A stretch of DNA of 32,000 nucleotides from Thermoproteus tenax Kra 1. GTDB lineage: Archaea > Thermoproteota > Thermoprotei > Thermoproteales > Thermoproteaceae. Each line of letters begins with the position of its first letter. Positions within the stretch are counted from its first letter, which is position 1. Location: assembly GCF_000253055.1 (NCBI RefSeq), contig NC_016070.1, positions 90,001 through 122,000 on the forward strand, read 5' to 3'. Shown here piece after piece: positions 1 to 9,898 of this stretch. The position numbers and the translations under genes are program-made. The notes below the pieces were generated by a model. It was not told the origin of the DNA. It did no database searches and saw only the letters and a program-made list of their open reading frames with translations.

Positions 1-12
1 AGAGCAACGGCC

Positions 13-462
13 ATGGGGCTCACCTACGACGAGTTTCAGCCCGGCGCGAGGATAGTGAGCCACGGCGTCACCGTCACAGAGTCCCACATAGTCCAATTTG
101 CAGGCCTCACGGGCGACCATAACCCGCTTCATCTAGACGAAGCTTACGCCAAGGGCACTATATTCGGCGGCAGGATCGCCCACGGCCTCCTTACTCTTTC
201 TCTAGCAGTGGGGCTCATAGCACACTATCTGTACGGAACCACCATAGCGTTGTTGGAGGCTGGCGGAAGGTTCCTCAAGCCGGTCAAGATAGGCGACACT
301 ATACGCGTGGAGGCCGAGGTGGTCGACAAAAGGCCCTCTGAGAAATACGACGGAGGTATAGTGCACCTGAGGCTTGACGTCAAGAACGACCGGGGCGACA
401 CAGTCGCCGTGGCTGAGATAAAGGCTCTGGTGTCGCGTAAGAGATGGCAAGGCTCTACGTAG
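13..462 (+). CDS. MaoC-like (R)-specific enoyl-CoA hydratase / hot-dog fold dehydratase
   Basis: 149-aa ORF with a MaoC/hot-dog style region (FAGLTGDHNPLHLD...GGRIAHG). Its 3' end overlaps the next gene by 19 nt. Confidence 0.8.
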   Translation: MGLTYDEFQPGARIVSHGVTVTESHIVQFAGLTGDHNPLHLDEAYAKGTIFGGRIAHGLLTLSLAVGLIAHYLYGTTIALLEAGGRFLKPVKIGDTIRVEAEVVDKRPSEKYDGGIVHLRLDVKNDRGDTVAVAEIKALVSRKRWQGST

Positions 463-1205
463 TGGGGCTGGGGATCTCGCCTGCGTTTTTGACTGAGGCC
501 GCCAAGGAGGCCTTGGAGCGCTCCGATTGCGTCTTCGCCGACTCCTACACAAGCTACTACGACTTCAGCAAGCTCGGCGCTCGCGTCACTCTTTTGGACA
601 GGAGGGAGCTCGAGGATAGAAGTGGGGCAGCCATAGAGGAGTGTCTGAGGAGGGGCAAGGACGCCGCCCTCTTGGTCCCCGGAGATCCCCTCACGGCCAC
701 TGCCCACGCCGCCCTCATAGCTGAGTTCAGGAGGAAGGGCCACGAGGTCGTGGTGATACCTGGAGTGTCCATAGTCTGCGCTGCGTTGTCGGCATCGTGT
801 CTCTCAGTATATAAGCTCGGAGGCGTGGCCACTGTGACGTACCCGAGGCTGGGAGTTTACTCGCTGAGGCCCTACGAGGTGGTCGAGCAGAATCTGCAGA
901 GGGGTCTCCACACGCTTCTGCTCCTCGATATAAGAGACGACGGAGGCTTCATGACGCCCTCGGACGCCGCCAATATACTGATGGAGCTTGAGGCGCGGGA
1001 GAGGAGGGGGGTCTTCAGCGGAGATAGAAGAGTGATAACGGTCTATCGCCTCGGTTGGCCCGAGGGAGGCGTAGCCGCGGCTCCGTTGGCCGAGTTGGCC
1101 TCTTCTGCATATCCAGCGCCGGCGGTAATCATAGTGCCCGCACGCCTCAGCCCTGTGGAGAGGGAGTGCCTCGTCTCGCTCTACGGAGCTCCCTTAGACA
1201 TATAA
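444..1205 (+). CDS. dphB: diphthine synthase (tetrapyrrole-methylase fold)
   Basis: 253 aa. N-terminus LYVVGLGISP...SDCVFADSYTS and PGDPLTATAH are typical of archaeal diphthine synthase. Confidence 0.9.
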   Translation: MARLYVVGLGISPAFLTEAAKEALERSDCVFADSYTSYYDFSKLGARVTLLDRRELEDRSGAAIEECLRRGKDAALLVPGDPLTATAHAALIAEFRRKGHEVVVIPGVSIVCAALSASCLSVYKLGGVATVTYPRLGVYSLRPYEVVEQNLQRGLHTLLLLDIRDDGGFMTPSDAANILMELEARERRGVFSGDRRVITVYRLGWPEGGVAAAPLAELASSAYPAPAVIIVPARLSPVERECLVSLYGAPLDI

Positions 1206-1226
1206 ACAGTCCGGATAGATATAGAC

Positions 1227-2999
1227 ATGAGCATTAGAGCGCCCATAGCAGTCGTAGTGGGGCACGTAGACGTGGGGAAGACCCTCCTTCTAGATAAGAT
1301 AAGGGGCACTGCTGTGGCCTACCGGGAGCCCGGCATGATAACGCAACACGTGGGGATGTCCTTCGTCCCGTGGGCGGCAGTGGAGAAGTTCGCAGGCCCT
1401 CTAGTGGATAAACTGAGGCTGAGGGGGAAGATATGGATCCCCGGCTTTCTCTTCATAGACACGCCGGGACACGCCGCTTTCTCCAACTTGAGGAAGAGGG
1501 GGGGTTCCGTGGCCGACGTGGCCGTGCTCGTCGTCGACATAACTTCGGGGCTCGAGGAACAAGGCCTTGAATCGCTCAACCTCATCAGAGCAAGAGGAGT
1601 GCCCTTCGTGATAGCGGCCAACAAGTTGGACAGAATCTATGGGTGGAAGTCGGAGCAGAATAGGCCGTTTCTCTTTTCAGTGGAACAACAAGACTGGCAC
1701 GCAGTCTCGTTGCTCGAGGAGTCCATCGGGAAGCTCATAGATCAACTGTCCAGGCTCGGCATAGAGGCGGATAGATATGATAGAGTCAGAGACTTTGCAC
1801 AACAAGTCCCTATAGTGCCCACGAGCGCCGTGACGGGCGAAGGCATAGCGGACCTACTCCTGACATTAGCCGGCATATCGCAGAGGTTTGTCTCAAAGGA
1901 GAAGCTCGCCGTCAGAGAGGGGCCCGCGAGAGGCGTTGTGATGGAGGTAAAGGAGGAGAGGGGGCTTGGCACCGTGTTGGACGCCATAATCTACGACGGA
2001 GTTATAAAGAGGGGCGACACCATAATGACGGCAGGTCTTGAGGGCGTAGTGACCGCTAGGGTGAAGATGTTGATAATGCCGAAGCCTCTGGACGAGATGA
2101 GGGACCCGGAGGACCGCTACAAATATGTAGATGAGGCCAAGGCCGCTGTCGGCGTGAGGATAGTGGCCGAGGGGCTTGAGGGAGTAGTCCCCGGCGCTCC
2201 GCTCCTAGTTGTGTCGGGCTCCATTGAGGAGACAGCTAAGGCTATAAGGGAGGAGATATCGGCGGTCAAAATAGAGTCTGACAAGGAGGGAGTAATAGCC
2301 CGCGCAGACACATTCGGCACTCTGGAGAGCATGGTGCTCTTCCTCAAACAGAACAATATACCTGTCAGAAAGGCCGACGTAGGCCCTCCCACTCATAAGG
2401 ACGTAGTAGAGGCCGTGCTGTCTAAGAGGAAGGATCCGGCGTATGGCGCAATATTGGCCTTCAATGTGAGGCCGCCGCCTGAGGTCGAAAAAGAGGCACA
2501 GTCCAGCGGCGTCAAGATAGTCAGGGGGGAGATACTGTATAAGGTCGTCGACGAGTACCTCAAGTGGGCCCAAGAACTGAGGGCGAAGGCCGTGGAGGCA
2601 GCTCTATCGCAGCTGGTGAGGCCAGGCATTATACAGATACTCCCCGGGTATGTCTTCAGAAGGAGAGATCCGGCGATTGTCGGAGTCAGAGTAGTTAAGG
2701 GGACTATTAAGCCGGGCTACACGTTGGTGAGGGCCGATGGGCGCGAAGTGGGCAAAATAATGCAGATCCAGCATCACGGCGCGCCGGTCCAAGAGGCCAA
2801 AGTGGGCGACGAGGTGGCGATCTCTATTGAGGGCGACATCATGGTGGGCAGACAGATAAAGGAGGGCGACGTGCTTTATGTGAGAATACCCGAGGACCAC
2901 TTCAAACAATGGGTGCTCCAATACAAGGCGCACCTCAGAGGCGATGAGAGGGAGGCCCTAGACGAATACGCAGACGTGCGGAAGAGTTGGCGGAGATGA
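1227..2999 (+). CDS. infB: translation initiation factor aIF5B (IF2-type GTPase)
   Basis: 590 aa. GTPase motifs [13 protein letters not shown] and NKLD. Length and domain order fit aIF5B. A TATA-like catataaa lies about 25 nt upstream. Confidence 0.95.
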   Translation: MSIRAPIAVVVGHVDVGKTLLLDKIRGTAVAYREPGMITQHVGMSFVPWAAVEKFAGPLVDKLRLRGKIWIPGFLFIDTPGHAAFSNLRKRGGSVADVAVLVVDITSGLEEQGLESLNLIRARGVPFVIAANKLDRIYGWKSEQNRPFLFSVEQQDWHAVSLLEESIGKLIDQLSRLGIEADRYDRVRDFAQQVPIVPTSAVTGEGIADLLLTLAGISQRFVSKEKLAVREGPARGVVMEVKEERGLGTVLDAIIYDGVIKRGDTIMTAGLEGVVTARVKMLIMPKPLDEMRDPEDRYKYVDEAKAAVGVRIVAEGLEGVVPGAPLLVVSGSIEETAKAIREEISAVKIESDKEGVIARADTFGTLESMVLFLKQNNIPVRKADVGPPTHKDVVEAVLSKRKDPAYGAILAFNVRPPPEVEKEAQSSGVKIVRGEILYKVVDEYLKWAQELRAKAVEAALSQLVRPGIIQILPGYVFRRRDPAIVGVRVVKGTIKPGYTLVRADGREVGKIMQIQHHGAPVQEAKVGDEVAISIEGDIMVGRQIKEGDVLYVRIPEDHFKQWVLQYKAHLRGDEREALDEYADVRKSWRR

Positions 3000-3640
3000 C
3001 GAGCGACCTCGCGCTGGGGACCGTCCTTCTCGCCTGGATACTCCTCCTCTCAGGCGTATTGACGCGGAGGTTGTACCATCGCTGGACGGCGAGAGGCATG
3101 CCTCACAACAGAGCTGTGTACTACAACAGGAAGATAATACACGTCCTTGCGGGCGGCCTAGTCGCAGTGTTGCTCCCGCTTTTCTCCAGCTGGATAGTGC
3201 CCGTGGCCATGGCGCTCCTCCTATCGCTGTTCTTGTACGCCTCTAGGCGGGCCGGGAGACTCATGTACTGGTTCCAGACTCCTGACAACGCCTATGAGGT
3301 CCACTTCACGTTGGCGTGGGCGTTCGTAGTGTTTTTGACCTGGGCCATACTGGGGCAATTGAACGTGGGGATAGCCGCAATAACTTTCATGGCCTTCGGC
3401 GATGCCGTCACGGGCGTGGTGAGAAACCTCATGTACGGCAGAAGGACTAAGTCTTGGTGGGGCAATTTGGCGATGGCGCTCGTCTCAGTGCCCCTCGGCT
3501 ATTATTATGTCGGCCCCCTCGGAGCCCTCGCCGGCTTGGCGGCCAGTCTGGTGGAACACTTCGAGTGGCCGCCTCTGGACGACAACATCACCGTCCCGTT
3601 GGTGTCCCTACTAGTTATGTTGTTGCCGCGTCTCATCTAG
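2996..3640 (+). CDS. polytopic membrane protein, polyprenol/dolichol kinase - CTP-transferase family-like
   Basis: Multi-TM ORF. The [28 protein letters not shown] region resembles the GD..A..G...G..K..EGS motif of dolichol/phytol kinases. I prefer ATG 2996, which forms an ATGA overlap with the aIF5B stop, over TTG 2987. Confidence 0.5.
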   Translation: MTSDLALGTVLLAWILLLSGVLTRRLYHRWTARGMPHNRAVYYNRKIIHVLAGGLVAVLLPLFSSWIVPVAMALLLSLFLYASRRAGRLMYWFQTPDNAYEVHFTLAWAFVVFLTWAILGQLNVGIAAITFMAFGDAVTGVVRNLMYGRRTKSWWGNLAMALVSVPLGYYYVGPLGALAGLAASLVEHFEWPPLDDNITVPLVSLLVMLLPRLI

Positions 3641-4921
3641 CTGTCCCTCAAAGAGGGCCGTTTTGCCCGAGGCGAGGTAGGCTACAGCTATGGCCACCAT
3701 CGCGTAGGGCAGAGCGTTATAGCCGCCGGTCAGCTCTACGACCATTAATGTGACGGAGAGCGGCGCCTTTGCGGCGGCGCCGAGGAGCGACAGCATGCCC
3801 ACCAACACGAACGGGGCCGTTGGAACCCCCAGTATACGGTGGAAGATCAGCCCGACGTCAAGGCCGGCGAATGCCCCTATGATTATGCCGGGAATGAAGA
3901 CTCCGCCCACCTCTCCAGAGCCCAGAGTGAGGCCTGTCGCCAAGATCTTCAGCAGAGGCAGAAGAGCCAGAAGGAGCCAGATGGGCATAAGGGGGGAGGG
4001 GAGGCCTCCGATGGAGCCCCTCAGAGCGAGATAGGTCCAGCCGTACCCGGGGCCCACTACCTCAGGAGCTACGAGCCCGACGAGGCCCGTCGCAAGACCT
4101 CCGAGGGCCGGCCTCAGAACCTCGCTTTTGATAACTGCTCTGAATATGGTCGCGCTGCGCCTCAGCCATAAGACGTAGAGCACTGCGGCGCCGCCTTCTA
4201 TAGCTCCGAGGGCCGCGAAAAGGGGGAGGTACAGGGGGTCAAAAGCGATGGAGACTCCGCCGAAGATCGGGGCGAAGCCGACGACGGACCCAAACAGAGC
4301 GTAGCTGACGGCGCTGGCGACCAAGGCAGGATAGAGGACTCCCCTCTCGAACCCCTCTCTGTATAGGATTTCGGACGCCAGAACGGCGCCGCCCATAGGG
4401 GCCTTGAAGATAGCGCCTATACCTGCCCCGAGGGACACAATGAGCCCCAGCCTCGCCTCCTCCCTCCTCAGTTTAAGGACTCGGGCGGCCGCCGAGGCTA
4501 GGCCAGCGGCGAGCCTGCCTGTGGGACCCTCGGCGCCTGCGCTGCCTCCAGAGCCCAGAGTGATCGCCGACGCCAACAAGCCCGCCAACGTCTCCCTCAG
4601 CCCCAGTCTCCGGGCGTTGTGATAGGCGTTGAGAACTTCATCGGTGCTATACTCCCTCAGCCCCATCCGCCGTCTTATGAGGCCGACGGCCAAACCGCCC
4701 GCGGCGGCGATCACAGGGATCAACCAATAGCGGCCGAGCGACCACGCGACCTCGCCCCCCTCTCCCGGAGCCTCAGGAGCCCGATAGCCCGCCAATACTC
4801 CGAGGAGGATGAAAGAAGACGCCTTGACTCCGAAGTAGAACGCCAACGCGGCTACGCCAGACAGGAGGCCGAAAAGGGTTGACACGGCTAAGAGACGCAG
4901 AACGGCGCGCATAAAGGGCAT
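3611..4921 (-). CDS. ClC-family voltage-gated chloride channel / H+-Cl- exchanger
   Basis: 436 aa and about 10 TM segments. ClC selectivity-filter-like motifs GSGGSAGAEGP and GGVFIPG. The start could instead be Met4 (4912), given the TATA spacing. Confidence 0.85.
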   Translation of the reverse strand: MPFMRAVLRLLAVSTLFGLLSGVAALAFYFGVKASSFILLGVLAGYRAPEAPGEGGEVAWSLGRYWLIPVIAAAGGLAVGLIRRRMGLREYSTDEVLNAYHNARRLGLRETLAGLLASAITLGSGGSAGAEGPTGRLAAGLASAAARVLKLRREEARLGLIVSLGAGIGAIFKAPMGGAVLASEILYREGFERGVLYPALVASAVSYALFGSVVGFAPIFGGVSIAFDPLYLPLFAALGAIEGGAAVLYVLWLRRSATIFRAVIKSEVLRPALGGLATGLVGLVAPEVVGPGYGWTYLALRGSIGGLPSPLMPIWLLLALLPLLKILATGLTLGSGEVGGVFIPGIIIGAFAGLDVGLIFHRILGVPTAPFVLVGMLSLLGAAAKAPLSVTLMVVELTGGYNALPYAMVAIAVAYLASGKTALFEGQLDETRQQHN

Positions 4922-4954
4922 ACAAAATTTAAAAAATAACCTTTACGCCAGCAC

Positions 4955-5404
4955 GTGCCGACCTTTAAGGTAGTAGTCTCGGACCCGCTGAGTGGAAAAG
5001 CAGTTCAGTTCGAGGTAAAGGACCCGGCATCGCAGAGGTTCATCGGGCTTAAGATAGGCGATACTATAGACGCCTCGGTGCTCCCCGAGCTCAAGGCGCC
5101 CCCGGGGTCGAAGCTGAGGATAACAGGCGGCAGCGGCATCGAGGGGGCGCCCATGGTGCCCGGCGTGCCGGGGCAAGTTAAGAAATACGCTATACTTGCA
5201 ACGCCGCCTGGCTATAGGCCCAAGAAGTGGGGCGAGCGGCGCAAGAAGCTCGTTAGGGGCAACACCATATCTGACCAAATAGTGCAGATAAACACAGTAT
5301 TGGTCTACCCAGAGAACTATAGGGGGGAGCCCGTTGTGGCTCTAGGGCCAAAAGAGGTAGGAAAGTTGACGGGCCAAGCCCAACAGACGGAGCAACAGAG
5401 CTAG
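4955..5404 (+). CDS. rps6e: 30S ribosomal protein S6e
   Basis: 149 aa. The N-terminus (M)PTFKVVVSDPLSGKAVQFEV and the RITGGSGIEGAPM region are typical of S6e. GTG start 23 nt from an atttaaaaaataa TATA element. Confidence 0.9.
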   Translation: MPTFKVVVSDPLSGKAVQFEVKDPASQRFIGLKIGDTIDASVLPELKAPPGSKLRITGGSGIEGAPMVPGVPGQVKKYAILATPPGYRPKKWGERRKKLVRGNTISDQIVQINTVLVYPENYRGEPVVALGPKEVGKLTGQAQQTEQQS

Positions 5405-5647
5405 CTATTTAATTATCGACTTGGCGATTATCAGCGTAGTGGTGCTCCTTATCTTCTGCATTCTTCTGATTTTATCGGACACTATCTTTCGCAGATTCTC
5501 CGTTGTGTCTGTGGCTATTCTGACCACTAGATCGTAGGGACCGTAGACTATCATAGCCTCTTTGACCTCCGGCATCTTTGTCAAAGCCTCCAGAACCTCG
5601 TCCTCAGCTCCTATATCTGTATTTATGAATACAAATGCCTCAACCAT
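5405..5647 (-). CDS. stand-alone RAM (Lrp/AsnC ligand-binding) domain protein
   Basis: Only the last 80 aa of the 152-aa track ORF look real (MVEAFVFINTDIGAEDEVLEALTKMPEVKEAMIVYGPYDLVV...). ATG 5647 follows a cttaataatac TATA-like box. The upstream extension overlaps the ctaB ORF. Confidence 0.7.
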   Translation of the reverse strand: MVEAFVFINTDIGAEDEVLEALTKMPEVKEAMIVYGPYDLVVRIATDTTENLRKIVSDKIRRMQKIRSTTTLIIAKSIIK

Positions 5648-5682
5648 ATATGGACTAGCACTCGTATTATTAAGCTTTTTCC

Positions 5683-6543
5683 CTAGATGAGCAACGAGAT
5701 GAAGAAAAACGTGAGCAGAGGGCTCGACGATTTGAAGACGCGCCAGAAGGCCCGATCTGTGCGCTCTCTGAGGGCCACAAGCCCGAGGTATATGGCCAAA
5801 GCGGACGCCGGAGCCATGAACAACGCCGAGAGGAGGCCTCCGTACACAAAGGCCACGGCCCACATATACAGCGCCGAGAATATATCCAGAAACGCCACTA
5901 AGGCTATGGCCTTGTCTTCAGACAACATAGCCGTGAGCATGGGAACGCCCGCCTCTCTATATTCTTGTCTGTATACGTATGCCAATGACCATATGTGCGA
6001 GGGGATCCACACGTAGATCGCCATGGAGTAGAGAAGTGCCTCGAGAGTGAGCGGTTTGGCTGTGAGCCAACCTGAGAGAAGCGCGGCGTTGCCGGCGAAT
6101 CCCCCCAACAGGACATTGGACCAATGCCTCCTCTTGAGCAATATGGTGTACACTACGGTGTAGAAGAGCCAGCCGGCGACGACCGCCACTGTGGGGATGG
6201 GCCCTAGCCACAAGTAGGATAGTAGGAAGCCCGCGGCGGAGACAGCCAAGGAGTAGACCAGCGCGGCCGCAGGCCTCAGCCGGCCCGAAGGCAGAGGCCT
6301 CAGAGAAGTCCTCCGCATCCTCGCATCTATATCTCTCTCCCAGTATTGGTTGAACGCGGCGGAGCCGCCGGTGGAGAGGAGACCAACTGCCGCCAGCTCG
6401 AGGAGCCTCGGCCACGATATCTCTGGCAAGGCAGCATACACATAGCCCATAATGGAGGAGAGAATGAGGAGCCAGATCACCTTCGGCTTCAATAAAATTA
6501 GATAGTCCCGGATCACATCGATCTCAGGCCTGCTCCAGGACAC
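5683..6543 (-). CDS. ctaB: protoheme IX farnesyltransferase (heme O synthase, UbiA family)
   Basis: Polytopic protein with the UbiA motif NQYWERDIDARMRRT and LKPKVIWLL near the N-terminus. The track start is GTG 6585, but a TATA-like atatttattt lies inside that extension about 24 nt upstream of GTG 6543, so I prefer the shorter start. Confidence 0.85.
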   Translation of the reverse strand: MSWSRPEIDVIRDYLILLKPKVIWLLILSSIMGYVYAALPEISWPRLLELAAVGLLSTGGSAAFNQYWERDIDARMRRTSLRPLPSGRLRPAAALVYSLAVSAAGFLLSYLWLGPIPTVAVVAGWLFYTVVYTILLKRRHWSNVLLGGFAGNAALLSGWLTAKPLTLEALLYSMAIYVWIPSHIWSLAYVYRQEYREAGVPMLTAMLSEDKAIALVAFLDIFSALYMWAVAFVYGGLLSALFMAPASALAIYLGLVALRERTDRAFWRVFKSSSPLLTFFFISLLI

Positions 6544-6585
6544 GAGGTGAATTCGTTGTAGAAATAAATATTGTGGCCGAATCAC

Positions 6586-7111
6586 CCAAGTCCTACGCTA
6601 TATGTAAGCCTCGTTGTCCATTTTAAGATGGCGGCTAGCTCGATAGTCTTGCCCACGACGTACTTGGCGACGTTCCCTATCTAGCTTGAGGACTGATGCC
6701 TGCTCGCTTCTATGGAGAATATATGACTCCCTCCCCGCCCTAAAGGGCGAGGTTTGCTGTTTATGCTGGCGTACCGCCGCCGAGGCGCGACGGCGTTGCG
6801 TGGTGCATCTACACGGGCCTGAGCTTAGACAGTAGCTTGTACATTTTTTGGAATCAATCTTTAATGCATTTCTGATCTCAGGAAATTTCGGCGGGCCCCG
6901 ACACTTGCCGGGGGAACCTGAAATAATTTCGGCGAAAGACCGCTTGCAGCTCTAGGGATCCTAAAAAGGCGGCAGTTTTTGTTTCCTTTTGATGGGTCCG
7001 CCCCTTTGGGGTGAAGTAGGTCGTAAGCTTTTTAACTATAGCCAACATATTCTGACGACCCCCTGGAGGGGGCACATGAGCGGCCGCCACCTAGGCGGCT
7101 GCGGCCGCGAT
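6586..7111. other. about 0.5 kb region without a convincing ORF; candidate small RNA(s) or gene remnant
   Basis: Plus-strand T-runs at 6844-6849 and 6976-6980. GC hairpins at 7059-7072 (CCCCC-TGGA-GGGGG) and 7080-7102. The 10-nt direct repeat aatttcggcg occurs at 6884 and 6925. I could recognise no tRNA, RNase P or SRP signature. Confidence 0.25.
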
Positions 7112-7396
7112 CTAGGCGAAGTTCTCGATATACTCTAGCCAGAGCTCTAGGTCTTTTAGGTCGAGAGGCTCGACGTGTTCGCCCGATCGTATCTGTGCTT
7201 GAGTAAACCGTACGTATTCTCCCTCGCGCACGCCCCTCAGCACTATCAGCCTGTGCCCCTCCCCCTCTCCTATGCTTGCTGCCTCCTCTAACGACGGCGT
7301 CGTGAAAACGAGCTCTACATCGTTACCGTGCTCCTTTAAGACATAGCCGGGCGATGCCTCTACGTACCTCTTCAATTTGTCGTAGGTCACTCTCAT
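7112..7396 (-). CDS. hypothetical protein (94 aa)
   Basis: Clean ORF with ATG 7396, about 23 nt from the shared TATA element. I recognise no family. Confidence 0.6.
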   Translation of the reverse strand: MRVTYDKLKRYVEASPGYVLKEHGNDVELVFTTPSLEEAASIGEGEGHRLIVLRGVREGEYVRFTQAQIRSGEHVEPLDLKDLELWLEYIENFA

Positions 7397-7413
7397 AGAA
7401 GTCGGAGATCATT

Positions 7414-7425
7414 GATATAAATAAG
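7414..7425. promoter_or_regulatory. single TATA-like element (gatataaataag) equidistant from two divergent start codons
   Basis: The centre of the element is about 23 nt from ATG 7396 (minus strand) and about 23 nt from ATG 7442 (plus strand). Confidence 0.5.
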
Positions 7426-7441
7426 TGTAGATGATATAGCC

Positions 7442-7795
7442 ATGTTGCCGAGCTCCGTTCTAAGGCAGTTGTATGTACAGGGCAGTCTAAAAAACACAGC
7501 AGAGGGCGCCGAGTTTAAGCTGAGGAACATGTTGGCCCCCGCCACAATCATCGACATAGGGATCTCGGTGGACGGTGCACCAGTGCCCAAAGATAAAATA
7601 TTAGTAGTGTCGTCCTCGGGACGATACGAGGTCTCACAGTTGGAACAGCAAGGCTATAAATTCTCAGTGAGGGACGAGGTCGCTGTGGTGCTCAAGGGCA
7701 TGATGCTGTCGAGCGGCGCCCACAAGATAGAGATAAAGGCCAGGACAAGAGAATGGGGAGAGCTCTCATTTGATGTGACTGACGTTCTAAGATAA
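7442..7795 (+). CDS. hypothetical protein (117 aa)
   Basis: ORF with a leaderless-type promoter geometry. No family recognised. Confidence 0.6.
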   Translation: MLPSSVLRQLYVQGSLKNTAEGAEFKLRNMLAPATIIDIGISVDGAPVPKDKILVVSSSGRYEVSQLEQQGYKFSVRDEVAVVLKGMMLSSGAHKIEIKARTREWGELSFDVTDVLR

Positions 7796-7818
7796 CACGA
7801 GACCCCCTTTTTATTTAC

Positions 7819-8568
7819 ATGTCTATAGCCGTAGTCACGGGCTCCGGGCGCGGCATAGGGAGGGCTATAGCGCTCAGACTTGTCCGCGAAGGCTACAGAG
7901 TGGTGGTGAACGCCAAGAGGGGAGTCGCTGAGGCCGAGGAGACTTTACGCCTAGCTAAAGAGGCGGGAGGCGACGGCGCCGTGGTCATAGCCGACGTGGC
8001 CTCGCGGGAGGGATGTAGACAGTTGGTCCAGAGGACGCTGGATATATTCGGCGGTTTAGATGTATTTGTGAACAACGCAGGCCTCGGCCTCTATGCGCCG
8101 TTTGAGTCCGCCGACGATAAAATGATCGAGAAGCAGTTGGAGACTACACTTAAGTCTGTCATCTACTGCTCACAAGAGGCCGCCAGAGCCATGGCTAAAG
8201 GCGGCGTGATAATAAACGTGGCATCTATCGCAGGCCTTATGCCGTTCTATGGGCTCTCTATATACAGCGCGGCCAAAGCCGCAGTGATAAACTTAACTAG
8301 GGCTCTGGCTGTGGAGTTGGCCCCGAGGATCAGAGTAAACGCCGTGGCGCCCGGCGTAGTTAAGACGAAGATGGGCGAAAGCTTGTTGAAAGTGCTCGGC
8401 GTATCGGAGGAGGAGTTCGCGAGGCGTAATACACTCTTGGGGCAGATGGTTGAGCCGGAGCACGTCGCAGAGGCCGTAGTCGCGTTGATCAAAATTCCGA
8501 CTATAACGGGGCAAGTGCTTGTAGTAGACTCAGGCGAATCTCTGAGACACGGCGCGTTGCTCAGCTGA
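7819..8568 (+). CDS. short-chain dehydrogenase/reductase (FabG-like 3-oxoacyl reductase family)
   Basis: TGSGRGIG cofactor motif, NNAG, and catalytic YSAAKAA. 249 aa. Confidence 0.9.
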   Translation: MSIAVVTGSGRGIGRAIALRLVREGYRVVVNAKRGVAEAEETLRLAKEAGGDGAVVIADVASREGCRQLVQRTLDIFGGLDVFVNNAGLGLYAPFESADDKMIEKQLETTLKSVIYCSQEAARAMAKGGVIINVASIAGLMPFYGLSIYSAAKAAVINLTRALAVELAPRIRVNAVAPGVVKTKMGESLLKVLGVSEEEFARRNTLLGQMVEPEHVAEAVVALIKIPTITGQVLVVDSGESLRHGALLS

Positions 8569-9898
8569 TCAGTCCCTCCTCAGTACACTCCAATCTGCCC
8601 TTCGGCAAAAGCGACTCGACCCTCTCAAATCTCTTGGGGAAATATCCTCTGTATTTCTCAAGCTCGTCCATGTCGAGGACTCTCTCCTCTCCGTCCGATT
8701 TTATCGCCTTGTCGAGTAATAAGTCGACGTAGATTATCCTCCTCCCTATCTCGGGCGGCGTGTTCACGTTGATGTAAGTTCCGACAACTCTTCCAACTGC
8801 ATCATAGTAGGTGTGGACCACATAGGTGAGACCGGGCTTTATACATGTCAATGCATAGAAGCCCGGCTCTATCCGCGCCCCTATTCCGTCCAGAGTCCCT
8901 CCAGGCCTCAAATTGCGCTTTACCACGAGGGCTCCGCTCCTAAAACCCAGCGACGATCCCCTCATCCTAACTATATCTCCCCACGGCTTTATATGGAGTA
9001 TCTCGACGGGGCCCATGGCCAAGAACTCAGAGGCCTTTTCGTAGACTTCGGCGACTGCGTAGTCGAGAAGATCTAGACATCTCCCGAGCCCTTGTGCTCT
9101 CAGCGAGTGATGGCCCCTTATAGTCGGAGCAACTCGGGCGCGTATCTCATCCAGTTTGGCCTTGACCTCTCTATCGAATATAGAGATAAAGAGGCACTCG
9201 CCCCGCCTGACTACCTCGCCCTCGCGCCACGGTCCCGACGATATCCTGAGCATCTCCTCGTAGAGAGCCTGCGCCTCTCTGAGGATCTCCTCCTCTTGTG
9301 CGTACTGCGCCGACGACTTGAACTTCACTCCAAGACCTTGGAGCCCCAGCCTGCTCTCAGCTAATATGCGAAGCCTCACTACGTCCTCCTCGCCTATCCC
9401 TCTGCTGAACTTGACTCCGCCGATAGTGTCCAACTCTACGTATCTCCCGGCCACTATTATCTCGGGCAGGGCGAGGCCCTTGGCGGGCCCCACTGGAGGT
9501 TTAACAAGAGTAAAGAGGCGCACAGAGGGGTACACCACGTATCTTGAGGGCACCACGGCTCTGCCCCCCTCGGGAGTTACGACGTAGGTGGCGCCCGCCT
9601 CCTGGAGGGGCCTCGCCGCGAAGACTTCCTTCACGCCTCCGGCGGCCTGGACGAGAAAGGGATCCAGCTCTTCCTTCAGCACCTTAGCGAAGGTTTCTAC
9701 AGCTCCACAGTCGCCCATAACGACTATCCCGGACTTGCTCTCGTGGTCCTTAACTATAAGGTCGGGCGGAGAGTTATCCGGGGGGAGCCCGAGGCGTCTT
9801 GCAACTACTTCAGTGGGCTGAACTATTGAGAACCCGCGGTCGAGGGCCAGCTTGCTCAATGCAGTGGCGAAGATACCCCTTATCTTTACCTTATACAC
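8561..9898 (-). CDS. fau-1: probable ribonuclease FAU-1 (RNA-binding protein AU-1, RNase E/G-like with a DUF402-type C-terminus)
   Basis: 445 aa. The N-terminus (M)YKVKIRGIFATALSKLALDRGFSIVQP matches the characteristic FAU-1 start. GTG start. Convergent 8-nt overlap with the SDR gene. Confidence 0.8.
   Translation of the reverse strand: MYKVKIRGIFATALSKLALDRGFSIVQPTEVVARRLGLPPDNSPPDLIVKDHESKSGIVVMGDCGAVETFAKVLKEELDPFLVQAAGGVKEVFAARPLQEAGATYVVTPEGGRAVVPSRYVVYPSVRLFTLVKPPVGPAKGLALPEIIVAGRYVELDTIGGVKFSRGIGEEDVVRLRILAESRLGLQGLGVKFKSSAQYAQEEEILREAQALYEEMLRISSGPWREGEVVRRGECLFISIFDREVKAKLDEIRARVAPTIRGHHSLRAQGLGRCLDLLDYAVAEVYEKASEFLAMGPVEILHIKPWGDIVRMRGSSLGFRSGALVVKRNLRPGGTLDGIGARIEPGFYALTCIKPGLTYVVHTYYDAVGRVVGTYINVNTPPEIGRRIIYVDLLLDKAIKSDGEERVLDMDELEKYRGYFPKRFERVESLLPKGRLECTEEGLIS

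Noticed and set aside
225-743. Long antisense or alternative-frame ORFs in the track. Examples: 225..743-, 202..552-, 11470..11973-, 13294..13914-, 22508..23104-, 22831..23484-, 27209..27721+, 27436..28194+, 25622..26056-, 29135..29621+ and 30643..31059+.
   Set aside because: Each lies inside or opposite a gene with a clear family signature. Their translations are low-complexity and Arg/Pro/Ser/Gly-rich, as expected for shadow ORFs in GC-rich coding DNA.
6999-7058. A possible C/D-box sRNA (tgatgg ... ctga).
   Set aside because: The C box is imperfect (UGAUGG). I could not find convincing D'/C' boxes or terminal pairing.
6878-7090. The 70-aa minus-strand ORF in the long intergenic region.
   Set aside because: Its composition and sequence are unlike a protein. 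It spans hairpins and T/A runs and has no promoter geometry.
7080-7108. A GC-rich hairpin with two GCGGCCGC sites, read as a Rho-independent-type terminator of the 7112 gene.
   Set aside because: Archaeal termination mainly uses T-runs rather than hairpins, and there is no T-run after it on the minus strand. I kept it only as a structural curiosity within the 6586-7111 finding.
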